A stretch of 64,000 bases of DNA from the human T2T-CHM13v2.0 reference genome, Homo sapiens: NCBI RefSeq assembly GCF_009914755.1, contig NC_060934.1; one strand, given 5' to 3'. Under the pieces are notes generated by a model. The model made no database searches. It had not been told where the DNA came from and saw nothing but the letters and a program-made list of their open reading frames with translations. Numbering within the stretch: the stretch's first letter is position 1; every line of letters begins with the position of its first letter. The translations under genes and the position numbers were made by a program. Shown piece after piece: positions 13,146-33,943 of the stretch.

Positions 13146-14719
13146 AAAAGATCAACAAATTAATGACCTAAATGTATGATAAACAGTAGGCATACTTCTG
13201 AAATCCAGAACTGGCCTAACAAATACATTCTTGTCAAAATCAGAGTTATTATCTTCAGAGTGTAATGATCTCTTACATTCAATTATTAAAACTATCTATA
13301 AAATATTATAGTCTTTCTTTACAATGAAGTTTTTAGAGCCATAAGTAAGGAGTAAAAGTTTCCCTACTAATAAACTCTGAATACCTTACCAACTGTAAGT
13401 TAAAAGCCATCATAAGATGCTAACCTAAGAAAGAAAACACAGTGAATGTGAGACCAGTCACTATGTTATAAATGCAAACCCCAAAGTGTCACAGAGAATC
13501 CCAATGTTTGATGCTTTACATTAATTCATCATGCATTTAATTATTGATTTGTTCACTCAACAACTATTTTTTCAGTGTGACCTATTAACAAGACACTATA
13601 AATAACTGCCTTGCCAGATAGAAGGAGGGTAGTGCTTCAGCCATGTGTGAGTACAGTATGCATTATTCAAGGCTGTGTGTTTTTTAGGGTTGCTCCATTC
13701 TAAAATCTCAAGAGCAACTTCTATATTGGTAACTCTACTTAGAATCCCAAAATAGCAATCTGGTAGCCCAAGGATGTGGGAGAAAATACTGTCACATTTC
13801 ATGAATTATAAATAAGAAAAACTGTATAGGTCCTAAAACCGGGGGTTAAGAAATTCTCGAATAATTTTTCTTTTTAATTTAAGGTGCTATCAAAGTTGAC
13901 AAGTTGGTGATGTGATTTACTTGGAAGGAAAATTCATTTTATTCCAATTTCCCCCCAACCCTCTAAAATATATCAATTGTCTCTCCCGAAAAAAATGAAA
14001 CAAAATTTAAATTACAGCATCAGGAAACGCTAATAGCCAGTAACCAAAGAGCAGGGCCACCCAGCAAATCACCAAAGGCGGAATTGCTTCAGAATCCTGC
14101 AATGGCTTGTGCAATGCAGAATTTGCCTTTCAGCCCCATTAATGTGCAGAGGAATAGATTCCAAAGGATTGCAGAAGGCAGGCACAGAAAGCCAATTCTT
14201 AGAGAGAAAATCAGCTTTCATTTGTAATGGTGCTGCAAGATTCCTGCTAAGAGAGAAAAAAACTAAGTCCAAACTTCAATTCATTCAATATGCATGAAAG
14301 CAGTGGGATGCTGCCAAGAAGAGTAAACCCTCAAAGAGCTTGCAATCTGCTCAGGGGGAGAGAGGTGGAAATAACTCAAACACCACAGCCAGAGTAGAGG
14401 TAGGAAGTGGGACATTAAATCCTTAAAGTAACAGAATTTAAAGCAAAATGCTGTCACAATGCATGGTAATGAGCTACTCATTACCATGTTGTTTATACTA
14501 ACAAAATACGATAAAGAGGAGGATGAAGAGTCTGGAACACACCAGCTATCTGCCCAGAATCTGCACGGAGGCTATGGAATTAGAACGGCAGGCACAGGGG
14601 ACCAAGATCTGGCCTCCTTGTTTTAAGCCTTTGCTGTCACTGTGGCTGCACACCAAACAGACTCCAGTGCATCTAGCCATTTGCTGGCTCTGCTCAATGG
14701 GAGGGCCCTTCTCCTTCCA

Positions 14720-15700
14720 GTCCCATCTCATCATTGTCCTGTATATCTCGATCTCCAATGAACCAGAGTCCTGTGAATTTTACCTCCCTAAATAGTTCCT
14801 GAATTCATGCATGTCTCTCTACCCCTGCTGCTACTACCCTCATGTAAGCTACCATCAACATTCATCTGAATGACTGCAATAGTCTTCCCTCATCCACCCT
14901 TATCCAGTTACAGTCTGTTCTCTCACTGCAGCCAGGGTGATTTTTTTTTAAGGACAATTCTCATCACGTTATACCTCTGCTTAAAATTTCTACTGCTCTT
15001 AGGAGAAATGCCAGAACCTTGACCTTGACCTCCAGAATCTGGCTCCTGCCTACCTATTAGACCTCCTCTCTTGGACACCATGTTCCAGCCATACCAACTT
15101 TCTTTCAGTTTCCTAATATGCCAAGTTCCTTCCTGGACACTTTGGACCTTTGAATCCACTGCTCCTCTATTTAAAATGGTTTTACCCTAAACACCACCAC
15201 CCAACCCACCCAATGTTCTAAAGGCACAACTACTCAGCTTGAACATCATTTTCAGACACCAGCAGTCCACTTCCACAATCTCCTAGCACTGTGTACTCCT
15301 CTTTAATTGTATTTAAATAATTACATATTTACTTGTTTACTTCCTGCCTAGTTACACTAGAATGTAACTTCTATATCGTGTACCTCCAGCACACAACAGT
15401 GGAGTAGTACATACTAAGTGCTTGATAAAGTCCCAGGTCACTTGCTACCAACTCTAAGAAGTCTTGCCCCAAATCCCTCATTTGGAATTACTCCCTCTCT
15501 TTCCTGTACACTCCAAGGTACCCTGACCTTTAATGAAAATATATTTGCCAGTATGTCTCTTATTACAGTGAGGTGTGCGTGTTTATCTCCTCTAGATAAT
15601 AAACTACAGGAAGGCAATGACGGTTACTGGTTCATTCTTACAGCTGTTCAGTGCTTCATACTACTCTCCCAACAACATGTTTATAGTCAAAGAACTTAAC
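14720..15700 (+). mobile_element. L2 LINE relic(s)
   Basis: L2 3'-type motifs (gactgcaatagtct, cactagaatgtaa, ctagataataaactacaggaaggca); boundaries approximate. Confidence 0.6.
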
Positions 15701-15765
15701 AAATATGTGAATTGCCCCAAAATGGTACACCATCAACCACTTACACCAATAGAAGTGATGCTTAC

Positions 15766-15848
15766 TTGTTTCTGGTTGAGTTGCCTTTTCTTTCTTAGCA
15801 CCACTGCCACTGGGGTGGGATCGTTTCCGGATCATGGACATGAGGGAT
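15766..15848 (-). CDS. SHTN1: Shootin-1 coding exon 12 (83 nt; (R)SLMSMIRKRSHPSGSGAKKEKATQPET)
   Basis: ccaaag acceptor, gtaagc donor, phase 2-1; partly seen in ORF 15656..15841. Confidence 0.96.
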
Positions 15849-16359
15849 CTTTGGGAGAAAGAAAAAGATCAACAGGAGATTACTGGATGCCTAGATCCTA
15901 AATAACCAGTAAAAATCTCACTCTTTGATAGGTGCATGAATATATAACTAGAATCTAAGTAGTCTACGTTCCATTTTTAATAATATTAAACTTTTCATCA
16001 CTTTACAGAAGAGAAACACGTCTCATCCTCTTCTGTATAAAACCAAACTGATTATTGGAGAGAGTACACTACTATAATAATAAAATGCATACACACTTAC
16101 AAAGGAAAAGAGACAAAAAATTTCAATACTCATATATATAAAATTCAGAAACAGCTATCTATGTACTATGTTAGAGGGGGAGGGAAGAATGAAAGAATTA
16201 GGGAATGTTTCACAGTAAAAAGTGTATGTTATCAGTAAATATCTATTTGTGAACTATGGGTATAAAAACATCTGAATCAGCATGATGTAGACTAAATACT
16301 TATGGATAAAACATATTTACATCACTCTCTCTCTGGTCCATTTAAAAACAAATCTATGT

Positions 16360-17650
<1,291 letters not shown>

Positions 17651-17892
17651 CTCCATAAAATGTTTACCAAAACATGAATGAATCAAGAATTTTTGAATTC
17701 TTTCAACTGCATCATAAATGTCCTCAGTGTGGTGAACTGTATTTGCAAAACAGTCCTGAGGAAGCCAGCAATAGAAAACACATACTTGGAGGATAAAAAA
17801 GGCATAACATTGCCCTTAGGAAAAGGGGCAAATGGATATACAGAGTAACACCTGTTCAGAAGATATCATCACCCAATGCTTCCTTTCTTTCC

Positions 17893-18182
17893 TTTTTTTT
17901 TTTTTGAGACAGGGTCTCACTCTGTTGCCCATGCTGGAGTACAAGGGCACAGTCACCACTCATTGCAGCTCCGATCTCCTGCACTCAACTGATCTTACTG
18001 CCTCAGCCTTTGGAGTAGCTGGGACTACAGGTACACCACCACTCCTGGTTAATGTTTTTTAATTTTTTGCAGTGGTCTCATCATGTTGCCCAGGCTGGTC
18101 CTGAACTCCTGGCCTCAAGCAATCTTCCTGCCTTGGCCTCCCAAAAGGCTGGGATTACAGGCGTGAGCCACTGTGCCCAGCC
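17893..18182 (-). mobile_element. Alu (AluJ-like)
   Basis: diverged dimer with T tract. Confidence 0.93.
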
Positions 18183-19014
18183 TCCAGTTTCTTAATCGTT
18201 CTAATTTCTAGCTTTTTTTTACTTTTCACTTCTACGTTTGCTTATATTATTAATCCCCTTCCTAATTGCCTTTTCTTAAAATTCCCAAACTCACTGGATA
18301 ATCTCCCATAAAGCATAGTAAAAAGAAAAAAACACATCCTGCTCTATCTAGCTTGGGAACCAATCATGGAGCTTCTGACTTTGTCTAGTTTCTCTTCTTT
18401 GGGCTTGCAATGGCCAAATGGAATTAAATTATTTTCACAAAAGTTAGAAATTCTAATTTACACAGAACTTTGAAATAAGCACATTTTATTCTAGAAGTTA
18501 TAAAGAATAAAACAAACTTTACTTGCTCAATTTTCCATTCTGTCAGCTGAATCTACTTGTTACCACTCCATGGCGGGCTGGGTGTGAGGAGGGTTCTCAC
18601 TAATCAGATGCCTCACCTTACCCTTGCACCACACTCTGCACTGACCTCGCCTCTCGTTCTGTGAGATTTTGCAAGTGTACATTATTGTACATAAAGACGA
18701 TGAAGCAGGAATTTATCTGTACTGCTCAGAGTACTTATATATATATTTACACACGGGAAGAAGAATATGTTTATTAGCATAAACCACCTAGATGATGGAA
18801 AGTGTTAGCTTAAAGGACTCTGAGTTGAAGCATAAGCTGTAGACATACAGTGCTCAAAGGAAAATCATTGCAATATTAAAACCAACAGTCAAGATGGGAC
18901 TCAGACTACAGGGAAGGCAGGACTCACAGGCCAGAGGAGATTAGGTCAAGACCTCTGGGACCCATACTCAAACCTCTGGCCATCACTGCCCCATTTCACT
19001 GTCATTTCAATTGA

Positions 19015-19374
<360 letters not shown>

Positions 19375-19415
19375 TTCACCTGTTAGTTTTTCAAGAGGTG
19401 TTCGTCATGTCCACT

Positions 19416-19986
19416 GTGATAGTTATTTTGTGTGTCAACCTGACTGGGCCACGGGGTGCCCGAGATACTTGGTTAAACACTATTCTGGTGTTTCCATGAG
19501 GATGTTGTGGATGACATTAACATTTCAATCAGTAGACTGAGTAAAGCAGATGGTCCTCCCTGAGGTGGGTGGCCCTCAGCCAATCATTTGAAGGCCTAAT
19601 TAGAACAACAAGGCTGATCCTCCCTCAACTAACAGGGAATTCCTCCTGCCTGACTGCCTTCTAACTGGGTTATTGGCTTTTTCTTGCTTTCGAACTTGAA
19701 CTGAAACACTGCCACTTCCTGGGTCTTGAGCCTGTCAAACTTTGGAATAAAACTACACCATAGGTTCTCCCAGTTCTCAGGCCCTTAGACTCAGCCTGGA
19801 ACCACACCATTGACACTTTTGGGTGTCCAAGTTGCCAACTCACCCTACAGATCTTGGGGTTTGACAGCCTCCATAATCACATGAGCCAACTCCTTATAAT
19901 AAATCTGTATTTATATCTGCCTATATCTGTATCTATAGATATACACATTCTATTGGTTCTGTTTCTCTAAAAAAAGCACTTAATAG
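19416..19986 (+). mobile_element. MLT2 (ERVL) solo LTR
   Basis: tgtgatagtta..tgtgtcaacctgactgggcc start, cagtagactgagtaaagcagat, ataataaatc, tattggttctgtttctct end. Confidence 0.85.
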
Positions 19987-21637
19987 CCTCAACCCTCTCC
20001 CCATGAACTATATCTGCATAGAACCTGTCCTACTTTCACTACCACTGGGACAAAGTGACCAAGGTTTGCCTTCTTCCTCTTTCTTCTATCTATTCTTGGA
20101 GTCAAATGAGTGGGAAGAGAAGGGAAAAGCAGTAAGCCACTTAAGCTACAGGCCCTAGTCTTTTTTTTTCTTCCCACTTTCATTTCTAACCATGATTTAC
20201 ATCAGGATAAAACAAATAGATCAGGAACAAAGTTAGAAAACTTTGATTTGTGAATTCAAAATCCACTCAAACTCAATACATGTGCAAATATACCTCTTTG
20301 ACAAGAAAGCACTCCTCACAAAAAAAAAACTCTTTTCTTTAAAAAATTATGTCCTATACTATTTAAATTCATCTTAAAATAAAAATCATATTATTCAATA
20401 AAATTTTCTTTAAAGAGCCTTATAAAAGAGTTCACACTTGAGACACAAATAGTCCTGAACATTCGTTTCTCAGCGTAACTGTAAAGTGCTCTTTGGGAAA
20501 AAAAATTCTACTTAGGTTATACTTTACTTTTAATTCTAGGGGCTCTCAACATTTCTGAGAATAAAAATTAAAGGCCAACAGCAAGACTGTAATTACTTTT
20601 TAATCGTTCTCCCTCTTCATGGACAGAAGTGACCTTTCTTATCAGCTCAAAATCCCAGACCTTAGAGAAAGATCAAAGTGATGAATTTCCAATTTTAAAT
20701 GTCAAATCCAGAATATCTCCTACAGATTTAGCTACCCAGGAGAGAAAGATTTTAAAATACCTGAAATTCTTTCAATTGACTCTTGGATCGATCACGTGTA
20801 AAAATTATTTTGCCTTAACTACTTCAATGGCTTAAAGTAGATTATGTCATACCCTACTCAGTAAGGAAAACTAATGAGAATCTTTTTAAAAGGCAAAGTC
20901 CCATTTTCATAGTTGTGTGGGAGGAACATGCTACGCATTCTATTCAGATGGATCAGCAAAGGTGCAAAGTATGAATAAATGGCCTCTCTGTGTGAAAGGA
21001 TTAAACAAATCACATGAGTTAATGAAAGGTTTAAAAAAAAAAAAAACCCTAGAAAAAGTTTTAAAATGCCATTTGTTAAAGAATAAATTATACAAAAGCA
21101 GCTAACATCATGACATGAGCATGTAAGCTGTCACCATGGCAAGGAGGTTGTCTTATGTAATTCTAGATGGTGGCATGTGGAACCACAAAAAAGGCAAAAT
21201 TTGACTCTAAATCTCCTAGTGTGTATTGTGCTCAAGTGATGTACATAATGCCATCATGTCACCTTAGGCTTCAGAAAATACGAATTCCTGTCTGCATATG
21301 TGACTTCCTGCCACAAGAATTTAAACATAATCTATCTTTCTTATGGACGGTTCCTCTCTTAGCATTACTAAAGGTATAAATATGAGGTTAGGGATAAAAG
21401 TAATTAATACTTCTAGTTTAATTACTAGTTTATAACAATTAGCATGTTTACGTTTTCATTTAGTATTTTTATTTTTAAAATAATTGAACAAACCACAGCT
21501 TTTCAAATTTGAATTAGCAAGACAGAAAAGTAAACACATTCTGGAAAAGCTCAAAATTCCTTGTTCTTACCATTAAAGGAAATCTTAATGTTATTGAATG
21601 AAATTTGTATACTACAAGAAGGGAATAATATATTGGC

Positions 21638-21980
21638 TTGTTAGGCCATTCTCATGCTGCTAATAAAGATATACCCGAGACTCGGTAATTATAAAGGAAA
21701 GAGGTTTAATTGACTCACAGTTCCACATGGCTGGGGAGGCCTCACAATCATGGCGGAAGGCAAGGAGAAGCAAGTCACATCTTACATGGCAGCAGGGAAG
21801 AGAGAACTTGTGCAGGAGAACTCCTCTTTATAAAACCATCAGATCTCATGAGATTCACTATCATGAGAATAGCATGGAAAGACCCACCCTCATGATTCAA
21901 TTACCTCCCACGATACGTGAGAATTGTGGGAGCTACAATTCAAGAGGAAATTTGGGTGGGGACACAACCAAACCATATCA
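21638..21980 (-). mobile_element. THE1 (MaLR) solo LTR, same orientation as SHTN1
   Basis: minus strand begins tgatatggtttggttgtgtccccacccaaat; TATA-like ttttataaag; ATTAAA; 5-bp TSD (t/c)tggc. Confidence 0.92.
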
Positions 21981-22110
21981 CTGGCCTTTAGAAAAATTTC
22001 CAAGAGAAGCATCAGCTAGTATCTTTCATGCTTTTAAGATGACTCCTCTTATGGCACAATCTGATGGAGAAGAACATTTGATGCAGAGCAGTCTTCCTGG
22101 ATGTGCTTAC

Positions 22111-22210
22111 CGGATAGGATTGGGAGGTGGAGGGGGAAGTGGTGGTGGAGGAGGAGGTGGTGGAGGTACTGAATTCTCAGACTGGTTCACTCGTTTCTGG
22201 AGTTCATCAA
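22111..22210 (-). CDS. SHTN1: Shootin-1 coding exon 11 (100 nt; (V)DELQKRVNQSENSVPPPPPPPPPLPPPPPNPI(R)), proline-rich
   Basis: gtgcag acceptor, gtaagc donor, phase 1-2; poly-Pro tract. Confidence 0.97.
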
Positions 22211-24167
22211 CTGCACAGAGAGCAAACATTCAGAAGAGAGCTGAAATAAGCAACTAAACATTGTTTATACATGTGAAAAAAAGAACATAACCTTTCTCAA
22301 AAGTAAGTTCTTTTTATTAAGGCAAAATTAGAAATTTCAATATGAAATTACAGACCTTTTTAAACTTTTCACTATCTAGTCTATTGCTAATGCAAGAGAG
22401 GACTCCTATCCATCAATATTAAATGTTATCTTTTTGCTGTATATACAACTTTAGAAAAGAAAAAAATTAAAAACAATGGCTGAAGGGTAGGAAGGAGTAG
22501 GCTGAAGAAATATTTGTTAACAACGAAGTATATGACTCAAACACTAAGAAATTGTTAATACTTTAAAAGTGTACAGACCAAGAATTAATTTTAAAGATGA
22601 CATTTAGTAATGAAATTTAATAGCTGCATACTTCTCTCCCCTGCTTAATTTCCTTCAAAAACTGCAAATACTAGAGTCTTTGATTTTAACCAGATTCAGC
22701 TTCCTAAATCTGTAACTCAGAAACTTTTTGCTCTTTTGAAGAGATTTCTGGAAATGTATCGTATTCCTTCAAGTCTTTCATGAGGAAGGCATTTTACTAA
22801 GCACCAATGATGTGAAAGTGCCTATGAATGGTGCTACAGGAGACGTAACACCTGACTTCAAAGAACTGAACTTAAGTTGATATCACAGGTGCTAATACCT
22901 ATGAGATAATGGGTAAAAGGTGCTGCATACTGTTGGCACTCAGAGGTAGCTCTCCCCATCCACAGCCATTCCACTTTCCCCGACTGAGTGTACCCTCAGG
23001 GATCTGTCCATTTGTATTTACCCTCAACACTTAAATAGGCAGTGTGGGCTATGCTCTCCAAAACTGAGAATCCTCTAGTCTTTTTATGTGCATGCACCTA
23101 TCCCTCCAAGGGGAATCTGAGTTCTCTGAAGACAAAAAGCATGGTTTCTTTTCTTCTGTATTTCTTATTGTTTCCTAGGATAGGGCTGGGTACACACACA
23201 GCAGATAATAAGTATTAATAGAAGGCATTCAGATTTGAACCTTATATATTTCCAGTGTCTGCCTCCTCTATTCATAATAAAGATGGCTTTGGCTACAGGC
23301 TACTCTGATATTCACTAAAAAGAATGAAATACTTCTTAATTTTGGATCAATTAAAAAATAAATTATAATCAATTTTCATTGTGGATTAGAAAGCACTGAA
23401 TGCTTTTAGAAGGAAAAAAGGCCTACATGGTTCTTCTGCATAGGTTTCAAAATTCTAGTATAAAATTAACCAAAAATATCTGAAGTGAATATTGAAGCTA
23501 TTATAAAGGGAATGTACCTGACTTCTTAAATTACCGACCTTCCAACAGAGACTTACACATATGCCCGTATAGTAATCTAACTCGCACATTCCCGTTAAGC
23601 CTTCTAGAACTGAATGAATAAATCTTTTGATTTAAGTATCCCCTGGTGTTTCTAAAGATTTTCCATTTAATAGATATATTGTTGCCCAGTTCATTGTTAG
23701 GTACAATATAGAAAGTATTATTTCATGTGTATTATTAGACACCAAAGATGAAGGTAGTATGAACACCAAAGATGAAGACAGTATTTTTAAAAAGTTTAAT
23801 TCTTTCTAAAAATGCACTCTAAGTGAACAAAATAAAGTACATAATGAACATTCATCTCTGAAGCTCTGAAAAATGCTGAAAAGTTGGTCTTCCTAGGCTA
23901 ACGGTATCTCTGTGTCTAAATTCTGTATATGATGTTCACAAGGGCTCTAAGTCCAAAAAATTAGTCTAAATATTTTTGAATTATTTAATACAGCAGCTAT
24001 TCTACTGAATTGCAATGGTTAGAAATTAAGGAATTTCAAAACAAATCTTGGTATTTTTCCACAGCATTCAGTAAATGTTCTAGACTAACTATATGCCAGG
24101 TTTTGTACTAGGCATGAGTAATTCAAAGATTAATAGTAAGACATAGTAGCCTACTCAATGCTTTTAC

Positions 24168-24321
24168 CAGAGTGCTTTAAATTTCTGGCTTTCTCTTCAG
24201 AATTCTGATATTTCAATTCCAATTCCTTTTTATCTTCCTCTAGAAGCTCCAGTTGCTGTTTGAGGTTGTGTATTTCTTTGTGGAGTGTTTCATTTTCTAG
24301 TTGCTCTTCTAATTCTTTGAC
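24168..24321 (-). CDS. SHTN1: Shootin-1 coding exon 10 (154 nt; VKELEEQLENETLHKEIHNLKQQLELLEEDKKELELKYQNSEEKARNLKHS)
   Basis: ttatag acceptor, gtaaaa donor, phase 0-1; coiled-coil composition. Confidence 0.96.
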
Positions 24322-24556
24322 CTATAAGTTATTTAAAAAAAAAAGACTTTTATGGCTGACAGTTTTTCCTTTGTCAAAGAAAAGAAAGGGAAAAAATAAA
24401 TATTTCCCTTTGACTGTACTTCATAGCAAACAGATTCCAATCCATCTTAACAACCATGCAAATGCTAGATACAATTAACACACAATCATAAATCAGCTAA
24501 AGAGCTGATTTAAAATAAATTTACTGGGGAGTTACGTACCAGACACTTTAATTTTT

Positions 24557-25334
24557 TTTAAGTTTTATTTTAGGTTCGGGGTACATGTGCATGGTTGTTA
24601 TATAGGTAAATTGTGTGTCACAGGGGCTTGGTGTACAGGTTGTTTCATCACCAAGGTAAAAAGAATAGTACCTGATAGATACTTTTTCGATCCTCTCTCT
24701 CCTCCCACCCTCCATCATCAAGTAAGCCCCAGTGTCTGTTGTTCCCTTCTTTGTGTCCGTGTGTAATCAATGCTTAGCTCCCACTTAGAAGTGAGAACAT
24801 TTGGTTTTCTATTCCCATGTTAGTTCACTTAGGATTATGGCCTCCAGTTCCATTCATGTTGCTACAAAGGACATTATCTCATTCCTTTTTATGGCTACAC
24901 CGTATTCCATGGTGTAATATGTACCACATTTTCTTTATCCAGTCTACCACGGATGGGCATTGAGGTTGACTCCATGACTTTGCTGTTGCATATAGTGCTG
25001 CGATGAATATGTGTGCACGTGTCTTTATGGTAGAATGATTTATATTCCTTTGGGCATATATCCAATAATGGGACTGTTGGGTTGAATGGTATTTCTGTGT
25101 TAAGTTCTTTGAGAAATCGCCACACTGCCTTCCATAATGGCTGAACTAACTTACATTCCCACCAGCAGTGTTTAAGCGTCCCATTTCTCTGAAACCTTGC
25201 CAACATCTGCTATTTTTTGACTTTTTAGTAACAGCTATTCTGACTGACATGAGATGGTATCTCATTGTGGTTTTGATTTTCATTTCTCTAATGATTAGTG
25301 ATGTTAAGCATTTTTTATATGCTTGTTAGTCACA
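24557..25334 (-). mobile_element. 5'-truncated older L1P (L1PA13-16/L1PB-like) 3' end
   Basis: ORF2 C-terminal remnant ([14 protein letters not shown]) plus 3'UTR; TSD cagacactttaattttt on both sides. Confidence 0.92.
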
Positions 25335-25549
25335 CAGACACTTTAATTTTTAAACATGGGTCACTTTTGTACCCATTTTCAAAAGAAAAATTCAGGTAAT
25401 ATTTTAAAAGACTCCTGGGGGACACAAATTTAGTAATAAGTATCAAAAGTCTTCAAAAAAAAAAAAAAAAAAGGAAAGGCTTTCGATTCAGTAAAACCAT
25501 TTTTAGAAATTATTTTTTAAAATACTCTGAAATATATTCACTGAAGTGG

Positions 25550-25870
25550 TTTTTTGTTTTGTTTCGTTTTTGTTTTTGTTTTTGTTCTGAGATAGAGTCT
25601 CACTCTTTCGGCCAGGCTGGAGTGCAGTGGCGCGATCTGGGCTCACTGCAAACTTCGCCTCCTGGGTTCAAACAATTCTTGTGCTTCAGCCTCCTGAGTA
25701 GCTGGGGCTACAGGCACATGTCACCACACCCGGCTAATTTTTGTATTTTTAGTAGAGACAGGGTTTCACCACATTGGCCAGGCTGGTTTCGAACTCCTGG
25801 CCTTAAGTGATCCACCTGCTTTGGCCTCCCAAGGTGCTGAGATTACAGGCGTGAGCCACCACACCTGGCC
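25550..25870 (-). mobile_element. Alu (AluSx-like)
   Basis: full dimer; TSD ctgaagt. Confidence 0.95.
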
Positions 25871-26298
25871 TGAAGTATTCTTTACAACAGCAAAAAGTTG
25901 CAAATAACCTAAATGTCCACCAATATTTTTAGTTTAATAAATTATAGCATGTTTATTCAATGAAATACTATGCAACTTTTAAATCACATAGCTTACTATA
26001 TACTGACATGAGAAGATATATTACCAATGGAAAAAAAATCAAGGCATAAAATAGTATGCATAGTATGATTCAATTTAAACAAACTATATTTATAAAGGTA
26101 TATATTTACAGAAAGTTCAGCTATGCACCAAAATATGGGATACTTGGTTAATCTTCTTTAACTTTTGCTGTATTTTAAAAATGTATTATAAGGAGCATAT
26201 GCTATTTTTATAATTGCAAAAACCATATGCTGTGCTTAAAAGACTGCTGCATCTGCAAGGGAACTTACAGACAGCTAAGAAACATTTTAAGCGACATA

Positions 26299-27061
26299 CA
26301 GATGGTCCCCAATTTAGGATGGTTTGAGATAGTTTTTCGACTTTACAATGGTGTGAAAGCGACATGCATTCAATACAAACCATACTTCAAATTCTGGATT
26401 TTGATCTTTTCCCAGGCTCGCAATATGTAATAAGATACTCTCTCAACAATCCTCTGCAGCGGCAGCCAGCCACAGCTCCCAATCAGTCACATGATCATGC
26501 GAGTAAATAACTGATACTCTAGAGCAGGGTTCCCCAACCCCCAGGTCTTGGACTGGTACTGGTCCATGGCCTGTTAGGAACCAGGCTGCACAGAAGGTTA
26601 GCAGCAGGCACGAGCAAGCATTACCGCCTGAGCTCCACCTCGTCAGATCAGCAGCGGCAACAGACTGTCACAGAACCGCGAACCCTATTGTGAACTGCAC
26701 ACGCGAGGGATCCAGGTTGGCCGCTCTTTATGATAATCTAATGCCTGATGATCTGAGGTGGTACAGTTTCATCCCAAAACCATCCCCCACCCTCTTCCCT
26801 CCCCAGTCCATGGAAAAATTGTCTTCCACGAAACTGGTCCCTAGTGCCAAAAAGATTGGGGATTGATGCTCTAGAGTATACTGTATTTCCAGTTGACTCT
26901 GCCCAATTGTAGGCTAATGTTAAGTGTTCCGAGTATGTTTAAGGTAGGCTAGGCTGAACTATAATATTCAGTAGGTTAGGTATATTATTTTTGATTTACA
27001 ATATTTTCAACTAACGTGGGTTTATCAGGACATAACCCTATCATAAGTCAAGGATCATCTG
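26299..27061 (-). mobile_element. MER47 (Tigger5-derived, TcMar) DNA transposon interrupted by MER1B
   Basis: cagatg...catctg termini flanked by TA; internal tttaaggtaggctaggctga and gggtttatcaggacataaccc. Confidence 0.85.
26525..26868 (+). mobile_element. MER1B (hAT-Charlie) non-autonomous element
   Basis: cagggttccccaaccccc...ttggggattgatg termini; 344 bp; 8-bp TSD ctctagag at 26517-26524 and 26869-26876. Confidence 0.9.
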
Positions 27062-27471
27062 TACATGAAAGACTGTAAGAATAACTGTATATACAAAGAG
27101 TATAACAGTTTTAGAAGTAGTGATTGTTATAATTTCATTGATAACTTTAATCTTTAGTACCCAACAAGGTATATATACAACAATTTAGTCCTATACCTCA
27201 GCTCAATTCAGTAGGTTCTAGGCACGTATTATTTACTAAATGATTTAACTGTAAGTAGCTGGACTTTTCAGAACCAAAAGTTAAATTCTAGCATAAACTG
27301 AAACAAAAACACATTCTTCTTTTTCTCTTTTCTTGAAAAGGTAATTCCTACATATGGGGACAAAAGAAAGAATGAAATTCTTTCCCTCCCACCCTATTCT
27401 CCAGTTCTCTTTCCCAGGGGACTGTTACCACCTGTCCATCCAGAGGTACTCTACATATATATCAACATTTC

Positions 27472-33943
<6,472 letters not shown>

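Noticed and set aside
13990-14330. Repeat-free, balanced-composition stretch resembling a conserved element
   Set aside because: No distinctive motif cluster that I can defend without conservation data
21727-22257. 176-aa plus-strand ORF with a poly-Gly run
   Set aside because: The first half is the reverse strand of a THE1 LTR and the Gly run is simply the antisense of the exon 11 poly-Pro codons; no independent coding evidence
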